64,000 nucleotides of DNA, taken from Deltaproteobacteria bacterium (GTDB lineage: Bacteria > Myxococcota_A > Polyangia > Fen-1088). Location: the NCBI GenBank assembly GCA_033763315.1, contig JANRKS010000034.1:96001-160000 (forward strand), read 5' to 3'. Of this stretch, positions 9,283-18,628 are shown one piece after another; the first letter of the stretch is position 1, and every line of letters begins with the position of its first letter. The translations under genes were made by a program, and so were the position numbers. Below the pieces are notes generated by a model. It was not told the DNA's origin. It worked only from the letters and a program-made list of their open reading frames with translations, and did not search any database.

Positions 9283-10434
9283 TTACGATCCCTTGCTGAC
9301 GGCACGCGTGGCCGCAATCTTCACCAAAGATCCATCGCGCAAGGCTTCTGCACCGCGAACGACCAAGGCCTCGCCGGCCGCGATGCCGGAAACAACCTCC
9401 ACGCGGCCATCCGAGGTGCGTAGCCCCAGCGTGAGATGCCGTTCTTCAGCCTTGCCGTCTTTAACCACGAACGCCACGAAGCCATGTTCGCTGGGGCGGA
9501 TCGCTGATTCTGGAATGGCGGGGCGTGTGTTGGCAAGCGGGGCGGCGTCGCCTTTTGTCTTGCTGTCTTTGTGCACGTCGAGCCGTGCGGTGACGCGCGC
9601 AAAGCTGCCCGGGCGAAGATCGGGCGCTGACTGATCCTCCACCCGGGCGGCCACAGGCACCTGGCGTGTGGCTGGATCGGCGGCTTGTGCGATGTGTATG
9701 ATTTTTGCGTTGTGAATGGCCTGTGTGTCGCCCAATTTGAATTGCACTTCGTCACCTTTGCGCAGCGACATCGCTGCGTCTGTTGGCAGCTGAAAGCGCA
9801 ACAAAAGCGGATCGCGCCGCACAAGCGTGGCCAAGATGGTTCCGGGTTGCACATACTGCCCGGTTTGAACGCTTCGTGTTTCGATCATCCCTTGAACGGG
9901 GGCTCGCACGAAGGCATCGCGCAAGTTAAGGTCTGCGGAACTCAGCGCGGCTTCAGCGGCGGCCACTTCGGCGTCGGCTGTCGCAACCCTCGTCTTCCAC
10001 GTGGCCACTTCTTCGCCTGGAATCAGGCCCGGCGTTTTATCGATGGCGGCTTGGCGGCGTCCGAGGCCCGCCATCGCGTCCTCACGTGCCGCTTTTGCCT
10101 TCAGCAAGGCCGCTTCTTGAGCCGCAAGCGCCAAACGAAAACGTCGCGGCTCGATCTCCACCAACACCTGGTTGACGCTCGCCACATCGCCTTCCTGAAA
10201 GCGCACGCGTTCGACCACACCCGCCACACGGGACGTCACCTGCACGGTCTCAAAAGCTTCGATCGTGCCGACGGCTTGCGCCACGTAATCCACTTGCCGG
10301 CTGGTGACGGATTCAACCTCCACGGGAAACGCTGTGGGACCAGTTTGCTTCAAAGGTTGGCTTGCGCCCCCGCCCTTGCCGCAGCCGAACCAGAGCAGAG
10401 GCGCGATCAAAACTAGAAAAGCACGGGCCTGCAT
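9283..10434 (-). CDS. RND periplasmic adaptor (membrane fusion) lipoprotein
   Basis: Lipobox WFGC, VTSRVAGVVERV.F.EGD, VRAPVQG, LRPGSF. Confidence 0.93.
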   Translation of the reverse strand: MQARAFLVLIAPLLWFGCGKGGGASQPLKQTGPTAFPVEVESVTSRQVDYVAQAVGTIEAFETVQVTSRVAGVVERVRFQEGDVASVNQVLVEIEPRRFRLALAAQEAALLKAKAAREDAMAGLGRRQAAIDKTPGLIPGEEVATWKTRVATADAEVAAAEAALSSADLNLRDAFVRAPVQGMIETRSVQTGQYVQPGTILATLVRRDPLLLRFQLPTDAAMSLRKGDEVQFKLGDTQAIHNAKIIHIAQAADPATRQVPVAARVEDQSAPDLRPGSFARVTARLDVHKDSKTKGDAAPLANTRPAIPESAIRPSEHGFVAFVVKDGKAEERHLTLGLRTSDGRVEVVSGIAAGEALVVRGAEALRDGSLVKIAATRAVSKGS

Positions 10435-11793
10435 CTATTTCACTCCCGGCGGGCGTTCGCCCACCGCAGTCTTGAGGTCTAAATAAGCCAACATCAGCGC
10501 ATACCGATCGCGCGAGCACGTCACTTCGGCCTCGAACAGATTGAGGTTCGCATCGGCCACTTCCAAGGAACGCACCAGGCCTTCACGATAAAGTTCAGCG
10601 GTTTCTTTGGCGTGTTTGGCGGCCACCTCACGCGCCTTTAGAGCTGCGGCCTGGGTGGCGCGCGCGCTTTCCAGCGCCAAGCGTGCTCGCCGCACATCAA
10701 GCGTCACGGTTCTGCGCAGCGCCGCTTGCGTGAGCGCTTGCGATTGCGCCACTGCATCTCGTTGATGGCTTTCTGCCCAGCGCACGCCGCCATCAAACAA
10801 GGCCCAACTCAACGTCGCGCCCGCTTGCCAATCGAACATCAAGCCCGTGAAGCCAGGTTCGTTGGTGTAACGGCCGAGCACATTGCCGGTGAGGCGCGGA
10901 ATGAAACGCAGCCGCGGCTCTTTGGCTGATTCCTGGCTGGCCAGCACAAGCTTATCCCCGGCCAAAACGTCGAGGCGCGCGCGTTGCCCTTGCTCCACCT
11001 GCTCTTGATCGGCTGGCAGCGGCTGGTTCGTTGCTGCAGAAATGAGCTCATGTGGCGGCACAAGCTCGCCTTTGACGTCGGTCACCAGCAGGTGCCCAAG
11101 CTCGGTGCGTGCAAGCGCGGACTGCCCCTTCGCCAACCACACCTCTCGCTCAGCGTTTGCGACTTCAAGTTGGCCGCGCGTTACATCGTTTGAGCTGACA
11201 AGACCGGCTTCAGCGCGCGCTTGGGCATCCGTGAGACGTTCTTTCGCAAAGTCCAAGCGTCGTTGAGCGGCGGTCTCGATCTCAAGCGCGGTGAGCACGT
11301 TCACGAAGGCGTCGGCGGTCTCGAACCCAATGAGGCGTCGTTGCTCAGCCGCAGAAAGCTCGGCGGCCTCGTGTTGCAGCCGAGCTTGACGGTAAAGCGG
11401 AATGGCCGAAGCCCAGAACAACGGCACGTTGAGCTGCGCATTACCTTGCAAAGCATTGAAACGTTGGGCCACCACTTGCCGGCCCTCCAACATACGAAAC
11501 GTCTCGCGCGGCCTGCGAATGTACGCGCCCGTGACGATCAACTCGGGAAAGAAAAACGCGCGGGCACGGTCCTGTAAGCCCTGGGCGGCGTTCGCATCGC
11601 TTTGACTTCGGGCGATGCGCTCGTCCCGCTGCATAGCCAAGCCGATGGCTTCTTCAATCGTTAGCGCCGCTGGGTTTTCTGCGCCAAGCGTGGGCCAAGC
11701 CACACCCATGGTGGTCGCCGCAAGCATGCCCGCCAAACACCAGGTTATGGATTTGCGGAAAGGACAGGTACGATTCTTGGCAACGGGCATCAT
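10435..11793 (-). CDS. TolC-family outer membrane efflux protein
   Basis: LTIEEAIGLA, two OEP repeats (FFPEL / FIPRL; SWALFDGG; YREGL); first gene of the pump operon; start uncertain. Confidence 0.9.
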   Translation of the reverse strand: MMPVAKNRTCPFRKSITWCLAGMLAATTMGVAWPTLGAENPAALTIEEAIGLAMQRDERIARSQSDANAAQGLQDRARAFFFPELIVTGAYIRRPRETFRMLEGRQVVAQRFNALQGNAQLNVPLFWASAIPLYRQARLQHEAAELSAAEQRRLIGFETADAFVNVLTALEIETAAQRRLDFAKERLTDAQARAEAGLVSSNDVTRGQLEVANAEREVWLAKGQSALARTELGHLLVTDVKGELVPPHELISAATNQPLPADQEQVEQGQRARLDVLAGDKLVLASQESAKEPRLRFIPRLTGNVLGRYTNEPGFTGLMFDWQAGATLSWALFDGGVRWAESHQRDAVAQSQALTQAALRRTVTLDVRRARLALESARATQAAALKAREVAAKHAKETAELYREGLVRSLEVADANLNLFEAEVTCSRDRYALMLAYLDLKTAVGERPPGVK

Positions 11794-12364
11794 CGGCGGC
11801 GCTACAGACAGGCGTCGAGCGTAACCGATCGAATGCAGTGCGGCCCGATAGTGGGTAAGCCACCCGGGCTTTTTACGTGGCTTTTTCCGCAAGCGCGTGA
11901 CGGAAAGCACCTTACGGCCCCGAGCAGGTCGGCGGCCGCCTTACGTGCGGGCATTCCACGGAGATAAGCGTCGTTCGAAAAGCAGGGTCCCGGAGCAGGA
12001 GCTGGTTCCGTCCTCGTGGAGCCAACCCCTGTCCCGGGTGGTGAACGGGCCCTCGTTTCCCGTGCACCGTACCTTTTTCAATTCACCAGACCACGCTCAG
12101 TCCTCTGTGCAATCGCCACCTCCCCATGTCCGTGTTGAGCATGTGAGCTTCGCCGCATCCCGCCCATCCCTCGCAGCCACTCACCAGCTGCATCTCATGT
12201 TTAAAGTTGTAGCGCGCGCATGGTTTCGCGAACCAGCGTTGCTCTGTTAAACCTTTTCGCTGTTCACGTAACACCGCTGTTTCGTGGCCTTCGGCGCGTG
12301 CATAAACCCAAGGCGGCGGCCGTCCTATCAAAGATCGGAAGGCTCCTTTACAATGGTCGGCAGC

Positions 12365-13057
12365 ATGAAAAACACTCGTTCATTTTCAGCAGTGGCACTG
12401 TTCTTAAGCTTGTCATCTGCGGGTTGTGTGGTTCGTGTAACCACATCAACGGGCACAGGCACACCGCCGCCTTCAAGCACGATGAAACCAGCGCCTGCAG
12501 CACCTGTAACGGCCGCAGGTGGCAGCCAGCCGGCGCCAGCGCGCACAGAAAATCGTGCCGCTCCTTCCACAGCGCCTGCGGCTACCGCTCCTGTGGCACG
12601 AACGCCATCGGCGCCCCCGACCACCACACCGGTTGCAGCTCCTGCCCCCGAAGTTCCACAGGGTTCAGCGCCGGTCGCGGGGCGATCTCGTCAAGCGCCT
12701 GAGGCTGTGCCGGCCCCCGCTCCTTCACGCGGACGTGAGGCGCCACCGGCTGTCGCTCCCGTGGCCGCACCGGCTCCCACGCGGGGCCGCCCTGTGGCCG
12801 CCGCCGCTGCTGAGCCTGCAGGTAAGCCACCTACGGATGGTTCAATTGATCGCGCGCTGGAAAACAAAAACGCGCCTCCCGTCAACAAGGGCAAGGCGAA
12901 TGGCCAGCTACAACGGGAAAAGACAATTCCCGCACAACCCGCTCAACCAGCAGGTGCGGGACCAGCGCAACCAGCTGTGCCGGCACAACCCGCCAACAAA
13001 GGCACGGTACGCCCGCGCAAGATCTTGGACCCGGCTTCACCCACGCCGATAAAGTAA
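12365..13057 (+). CDS. Pro/Ala-rich low-complexity lipoprotein
   Basis: Signal peptide with lipobox SAGC, then disordered P/A/T-rich sequence. Confidence 0.7.
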   Translation: MKNTRSFSAVALFLSLSSAGCVVRVTTSTGTGTPPPSSTMKPAPAAPVTAAGGSQPAPARTENRAAPSTAPAATAPVARTPSAPPTTTPVAAPAPEVPQGSAPVAGRSRQAPEAVPAPAPSRGREAPPAVAPVAAPAPTRGRPVAAAAAEPAGKPPTDGSIDRALENKNAPPVNKGKANGQLQREKTIPAQPAQPAGAGPAQPAVPAQPANKGTVRPRKILDPASPTPIK

Positions 13058-13083
13058 AGGCGGTGCCGTGTTAAACTCAATCA

Positions 13084-13665
13084 ATGGCTGATGCCGCTCG
13101 TCGCCGCGCCACGTATCAGGACGTCTTGAAAGCTCCTGCGCATATGGTCGCGGAGGTGGTCGATGGCGAACTGCACTTGCAGCCTCGGCCAGCGTTGATC
13201 CATGCCGCCGCTGCGTCAGCCTTGGGAGAAGAACTTGGACCGCCTTTCAAACGGGGCAAAGGCGGTCCGGGCGGTTGGATCCTGCTAGACGAACCTGAAC
13301 TTCATCTGGGAGCCGACATCGTTGTTCCGGACATGGGTGGGTGGCTCAAAACACGCCTGTCGGCCGTACCCGACGATGCTTATCTCATCCTTCGTCCGGA
13401 TTGGGTCGCGGAGGTGTTGAGCCCACGCACGGAACGATTCGATCGCATTACGAAACTTGCGGTTTATGCGCGTGAACAGGTGCCTTGGGTCTGGCTGGTC
13501 AACCCGCGTGAACGCATGCTGGAAATCTTGAACCTGGGCGTGGATGGCCGCTGGATCCTTGTTGGCACTTACAGCGGTGAAGAATTAATCCGCGCCCAGC
13601 CCTTCGACGCGATCGAGTTTGATCTTGCCGCGTTGTGGGCGGACGCAGCCCCTCTGGCGAAATAA
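13084..13665 (+). CDS. Uma2 (DUF820) family PD-(D/E)XK-like endonuclease
   Basis: ATYQD..AEVVDGEL..PRP..H, GGPGGWILLDEPEL, VVPD, PDWVAEVLSP.T...D...KL..Y, WLVNP. Confidence 0.93.
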   Translation: MADAARRRATYQDVLKAPAHMVAEVVDGELHLQPRPALIHAAAASALGEELGPPFKRGKGGPGGWILLDEPELHLGADIVVPDMGGWLKTRLSAVPDDAYLILRPDWVAEVLSPRTERFDRITKLAVYAREQVPWVWLVNPRERMLEILNLGVDGRWILVGTYSGEELIRAQPFDAIEFDLAALWADAAPLAK

Positions 13666-13693
13666 GCCGCTTTTGCAGGAGGCGGTCAGGGCT

Positions 13694-14392
13694 TCAAAAA
13701 ACGCTGGCCAAACGATCCAACTGATCGCTCGCGCCCTTAAGCCACACCTTCAAGCGCTGCCGATCCATGCGACTGAACGATTCACTGGCAAACGCTGGGT
13801 TGTGGGCGGCTGCCCAAAAGCTGGCGTCGTGTTGATCGATCTTCTGCATCACGGGTGCGTAGAGGGCGGGCAGATCCAGCACCACGGCGCCGCGGGCTTC
13901 GGCTTTGGCGCGTGCGCCTGTGCTTTCGAAGAGACCGAAGTCGCGGCCGCGGCCGTGGTTCTTCACGACCACAAAATTCGCGAGCGGGCCTTGGTTCGCG
14001 AGCAGTCGTTCGAGGGTGATCAGCGAGTCTTTGCCGTCATCAATGACATGCCAAAATACGACGCGCACTTGGCATTCATTCGCGAGCTCCAAGATCTGGG
14101 CATCGTTGATCCACGTTGTGAGGAAACGCTCGCTTTGCGCCGGCAGATCCACCAACACGCGCTGATCCTTGTCCGTTGCTGCAGCGACGATTTCATCGGC
14201 GCTTTCGAAGCGCGTAAGATCGATGGGCGTGGTGAATGAAGCGTAGTGGCGCAATAAAGCGCCGTGCGATCCGTCGGCATCGAACGCGACGAAGGGCAGG
14301 TTGTGGTCGATGCATCGCTGCGCCACAAGACGCGCGACAACGGATTTACCCACGCCACCTTTTTCTCCGCCGATAAAATGAATGGTACTCAT
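13694..14392 (-). CDS. ParA/MinD-like P-loop protein ('mobilization protein'/MobD-like family)
   Basis: Deviant Walker A GGEKGGVGKS, FDAD, VLVDLPA, RQRLKVWL C-term. Confidence 0.78.
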   Translation of the reverse strand: MSTIHFIGGEKGGVGKSVVARLVAQRCIDHNLPFVAFDADGSHGALLRHYASFTTPIDLTRFESADEIVAAATDKDQRVLVDLPAQSERFLTTWINDAQILELANECQVRVVFWHVIDDGKDSLITLERLLANQGPLANFVVVKNHGRGRDFGLFESTGARAKAEARGAVVLDLPALYAPVMQKIDQHDASFWAAAHNPAFASESFSRMDRQRLKVWLKGASDQLDRLASVF

Positions 14393-14725
14393 GCGCCGCG
14401 CACCTTAGCCGACTTTGTGTTTCTAGGTTGGTAACTTATCGAAGAAGTTGGCGTCGCAGATTCGCTTCGCGAAATCGATGGCGGCAAAATCACGATGCCT
14501 TCTTCCGTGAGCCGTCGTCGTTCCCGGGTAAACCACGATGCGCAGTCCCAGTGCGTTCGAGGATTCGGCTTCGCTGCTTCCTTTGGCGGCGCGAACCATG
14601 CCGGCGGCGGAAGAATGCGTTGATATACCGCCGTAATTTTACGCTGTAAGATTTCCTACAGGCGCGCATGTCCAATAAGTTGTTGTAATCATTTGATTAC
14701 TGGCAGAACCCGCCTCTGCGGACGT

Positions 14726-15328
14726 TTATTGGTGGAGAACCAGAAGGGCACTATCGTGCGCCCCTGATCCCGTCGGAAGCGACGGGAGCTTCGGCTTCTT
14801 CAATTCGCAAGCGTCGTTTTTGATCACACCACCGCGTCGCTCGTACGCGAGCAACTCAGCGGTTGACAGCTCGATCTTCGCCTCGACCGTCTCGCACTGA
14901 TCGTTCGATTGAAACTCGGTGTAATGCACTTCAAAGGTGCGCCCGCGGATATGAGTCTCAGCAGGGCCCGGCTCGTCGGCGCCCCACTGTTCTGTGCAAT
15001 CTGTCGTAAGCAGAATCTGTGAGGACGGTCTAACTAACCAATACTCTCGTATGTGGCACGTCCCAGCAGGGGCCGTTGGGGGCGGCGGAACTGATATGTC
15101 CACCACTTTAAGGTCGACAGCGTCCGCTTTGCGTTCCCGCAGAATCGAACAGGAAACACGTCCGCGACAAAGGGTTCGTTGTAACAAGCCTATTCCGTCC
15201 AGCTTGGGCGGCGGAGACACCGCGGGCGAAGCATCCGCTGCCGGAGGGGCCGATATAGTCTTCGCTCGGCTGCTGTGGCAGCCGGCTGTGAAGACGCCGA
15301 GGATCAGACAAGCCGAGCGAAGGTACAT
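14726..15328 (-). CDS. Cys-containing hypothetical lipoprotein (candidate immunity protein)
   Basis: MYLRSACLILGVFTAGC lipobox; overlaps the 3' end of the CHAP gene. Confidence 0.7.
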   Translation of the reverse strand: MYLRSACLILGVFTAGCHSSRAKTISAPPAADASPAVSPPPKLDGIGLLQRTLCRGRVSCSILRERKADAVDLKVVDISVPPPPTAPAGTCHIREYWLVRPSSQILLTTDCTEQWGADEPGPAETHIRGRTFEVHYTEFQSNDQCETVEAKIELSTAELLAYERRGGVIKNDACELKKPKLPSLPTGSGAHDSALLVLHQ

Positions 15329-15921
15329 TTGGAGATCTTTTGCTTCTGGAGGGCATAAACGCCTTCTCGGCGGTTCTGGAAAGTGCTTCGGGCCCAAGTG
15401 TTACCTTCGACCGACGGGATCGTCCCTGTACTCGTTGGTGCGCCGGCGACGATTCCGACGTGACGATGTTCTAAGATTAGAACATCCCCAAGCTCGGGGA
15501 CCTCGACGATTTTCCGCTCCCTTGTTGCCCACAACTCGAACGCTCGCGCAGCGAAGATCTTGGGCATGGGATTCTTTGTGTAGCGACGAGCGGAAGCCTG
15601 CTCGAAGCACCAGAATACGAATTTGGCGCACCAGGCTTCCGCCATAACGCCGTTCGCCGACTTCTGGTATTCGTCGATGCGCTCGCCCCGATTATCGTTG
15701 TTAGTCTCGAATACCCCTTTCCGTACTTCCTCCAAAGCAATGTCTACGGCCAATTCGGCCAAAGTTTTTTGGGGCAAAGGCATATGGAACCTCGGGGGAT
15801 CTGGGTTTTCTTCAATCGTCGATAAGGTCGGTCCGGCTATCGCTGGCGCCACCACAGCCTCCTCCTTATCGGCTACGCGCGACAAGGAGTTGCTTGTTTT
15901 TTCAGGCCAGCGAAAGCCCAT
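15304..15921 (-). CDS. CHAP-domain peptidoglycan hydrolase
   Basis: ET.NDNRGERIDEYQ..AWCAKFVFWCF (Cys), GDV..HVGIV (His), SVEGNT; start uncertain. Confidence 0.83.
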   Translation of the reverse strand: MGFRWPEKTSNSLSRVADKEEAVVAPAIAGPTLSTIEENPDPPRFHMPLPQKTLAELAVDIALEEVRKGVFETNNDNRGERIDEYQKSANGVMAEAWCAKFVFWCFEQASARRYTKNPMPKIFAARAFELWATRERKIVEVPELGDVLILEHRHVGIVAGAPTSTGTIPSVEGNTWARSTFQNRREGVYALQKQKISKCTFARLV

Positions 15922-16123
15922 CTGCCCTGGGGCATCTAGTCCCACGTCAAACGGACTTTCCCCCACACAAACATGATGCGGCCAGCAGCTCTTCGTCGTG
16001 AGAATTTTCCGTAAGCCGCCGCCGCGCACCCCTGAAGCGCAGCAGCCCCATCCGCGAAAGGAACCCGCACAATTAGTCTTGACCGCCCGCTAAGCCCAAG
16101 CCTCACGCGCCTCTAAATTTCCA

Positions 16124-17350
16124 TCAATAAGGCAATCCGGGAATGTTTAGCTTGATCGAATACACAACTGTATCGCCGGCTGTGATCAGCAATGTCTTGT
16201 GGTCCGTACCACCGAAAGCTACGTTGGTTCCACTGCCAGCGAGACCCCCGATGGTCTTTACCGCCGCACCAGCGGCCGAGAAGATCTCAACCCCCGCGGA
16301 GGTGGCGACGTACACATTGCCGGCACAGTCTGCCGTCATGCCGTCGGGATAATTGCCAGCCGTCGTCGTTAGCTTTCCATCCTTCGTGACCGAGCCGTTG
16401 GCAGCCACCTTGTATTTCCAAACGTTCTTCTGATCGTCGGTGACGTAAAGGGTATTGCCATCGGGGCTCAAAGTTACACCATTGGGGCGTGATAGCGTGT
16501 CAACAGTTGTGACCATCTTTTGCGGATCAACTCGGTAGACCTTTTGACCTTGGCCTGGGCGAGCGTTCGGCTTTTGCCACTCCGGATCGCTGAAGTACAC
16601 GTTGCCGTCGGCGCGCACGGCTAAGTCATTGGGAGAGCCAAGCGGATTACCTCCGAGTCCAGTGATGTAATCGACCCGAGCTTTTGTTGCGGGATCGAAT
16701 GTGGCGAGGCCGCCCAGTGAGTGAAGCGCCGCAACTATTTTGCCGTCTTTCACCGCCAGACCGTTGCTACCGCTGGCTGCCACGAACACTTCAAAGTTGT
16801 TCGTCTCGGGGTTGTACTTCCATATCTTGGAAGATGCGTCTTTGCTCCAGTCTTGCATCGTCTTGCGTTGCAGGTCCGAGAAGAAGAACGCTTTCACTGA
16901 TTCGACCCAAACAGGGCCCTCGGTGCCTTCGAAGCCCGTGTCCTTCAGCTTCGTGGGAGTGGCGCCATCGGGAACAGGCGCCGGATACTGAGCACCAGCG
17001 GGGCACAAAAGCGTGGAGGGATTGGAGCCCGCGGAACCACCCGTGTTGCCTGCTGTACCGCCAGCGTTGCCGCCACCGCCGCTTCCCGCAGAATTTCCAG
17101 CAACGCCGCCGGATCCACCAGCAGCAGAGCCACCAGACCCGCCGCTGGCGCTTCCGCCTTTGCCTGCGCTGTTAGACCCTCCGTCTCCTTTGCTGCCGCC
17201 ACCCGATTGACCTGCCTGATCTCCGCCGCCTCCGTCTCCACCGGACCCGTCGTCGCTTTTGCTGCTTGAACAACTGCTGATGGCCCCGCAGGCGATCGCT
17301 AGTGACGAGAACAGGGCAACAGTAAGTCTCTTTGAGGGCTTAGAATTCAT
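16124..17350 (-). CDS. SMP-30/gluconolactonase family lipoprotein with Gly/Ser linker
   Basis: EGPVW, SNGLA, SPNDL, YFSDP, PNGVTLSPDG..LYV, PDGMTAD..GNVYV, NVAFGG. Confidence 0.9.
   Translation of the reverse strand: MNSKPSKRLTVALFSSLAIACGAISSCSSSKSDDGSGGDGGGGDQAGQSGGGSKGDGGSNSAGKGGSASGGSGGSAAGGSGGVAGNSAGSGGGGNAGGTAGNTGGSAGSNPSTLLCPAGAQYPAPVPDGATPTKLKDTGFEGTEGPVWVESVKAFFFSDLQRKTMQDWSKDASSKIWKYNPETNNFEVFVAASGSNGLAVKDGKIVAALHSLGGLATFDPATKARVDYITGLGGNPLGSPNDLAVRADGNVYFSDPEWQKPNARPGQGQKVYRVDPQKMVTTVDTLSRPNGVTLSPDGNTLYVTDDQKNVWKYKVAANGSVTKDGKLTTTAGNYPDGMTADCAGNVYVATSAGVEIFSAAGAAVKTIGGLAGSGTNVAFGGTDHKTLLITAGDTVVYSIKLNIPGLPY
17030..17255 (-). repeat. Low-complexity Gly/Ser/Ala coding linker
   Basis: GGSGG/AGGSA-type repeats typical of myxobacterial lipoproteins. 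Confidence 0.7.
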
Positions 17351-18156
17351 GATGCGCTCCGGGGCTGGCTGGTTGAAAAAACGTTCCAGTCTGAGGCGCT
17401 GTGGCGCCAAGGATGAACGAGAAGTCTCTTCTGCGAGGGAGGGTGAAGCAAGCGAATTGTCGCCTCCCAGACAAGCCCGGCAAGCAGGAAAAAGAGCTTG
17501 CTGCGGGACAGATGTTGGTTTCTCCCTGAATGGTCCGTCCCTGTTCACATAGGCGCATCTTCGGTTGGATATAGTTGTGTGCTGTGCAGAAATCCTTCGT
17601 TCTTGAACGACTGAGGCGAGCCGCCCGTAACCTCCCAACGCGCTTAGCTAGGGAACGATGTAAGTCACTTGAGTGTTGGCGACGAGTCTTAGAAGGTCAC
17701 GTTCGAGTCGTTCAAGAAGGGGCTAAACTCAAACACGTAGCGACGGTCTCCCGCGCTCACGGAAGCCGTGAGGTCTTTGCTGGTGAGGATGGCGGATTCC
17801 ACCACTGCCGACGCAGATAGAGTCCCCCCAAAAAACACGAAACCAGTCTTGGTTTGACTGACAATAGTGTCGCCTCTCGAGAGCAGCCGATTGTGGATAA
17901 GCAATAGCCATTCGACAAGACGGGTAAGTCTATGGAGCGGCATTATTTCCGACAGGCTTTCCTGGCCGGATCGCACTCAGGGCCGCCATCAAGGCGAAAG
18001 TGATTGCCCTCATCGTGTCGCAGATTGTTATCACAACCCTGGCCTGTCGAGGGCGCAGCCACTGCCATAGGCCCATTCCTCGTGCGTTGACCACCGCGGC
18101 GGCAGCTTTCTCGACTTGCACTTGAGCCCCCGGCTTGAGTCGCGGATAATCGGTGG

Positions 18157-18628
18157 ATGTCGTCGCTTCCGGCCGCATCGCATCCAGGCATGCCAGCCAC
18201 CTTCCTGGATTTGGAACGCGTGCCCGAAGGGTACAAGGGCGAGATCATTGCTGGGGTTCTTTACACGCAGCCGCGGCCACGCCCTGCGCATCAGGACGCC
18301 TTGGGGACACTGTTTGGCGACATCGATGGGCCTTTTCGGCGCGGCAAGGGCGGCCCTGGAGGATGGTGGATCTTGGTCGAGCCCGGCATCGCCCATCCCG
18401 AGGCCGCTGAATCTTCGCCGGACATGGCTGGCTGGCGCCGGGAACGCACGGCGCAGCTTCCGCCAGGGCCCGTTGAGGTGGTGCCGGACTGGATTTGCGA
18501 GAGCTTGTCGCCGTCCAACCGCCGCTACGATCTCTTGGTCAAAAAGCGCTTTTACGCAAAGATTGGCGTGCAGCACCTTCGACGCGATGGAGCTTGATAT
18601 CGCCGCTTGGTGGGCGGGAACGTCTTGA
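18157..18628 (+). pseudogene. Uma2 family gene with internal deletion and frameshift
   Basis: Uma2 motifs up to ..FYAKIGVQHL; the C-terminal FDAMELDIAAWW continues in another frame, and ~35-37 codons are missing compared with the paralog at 13084. Confidence 0.8.

Noticed and set aside
14675-17685. TAAGT..TG..TGGC look-alike motifs at ~14676 and ~17661 as att sites or integron attC
   Set aside because: Similarity is too short; there is no integrase, tRNA or RYYYAAC/GTTRRRY attC pairing.
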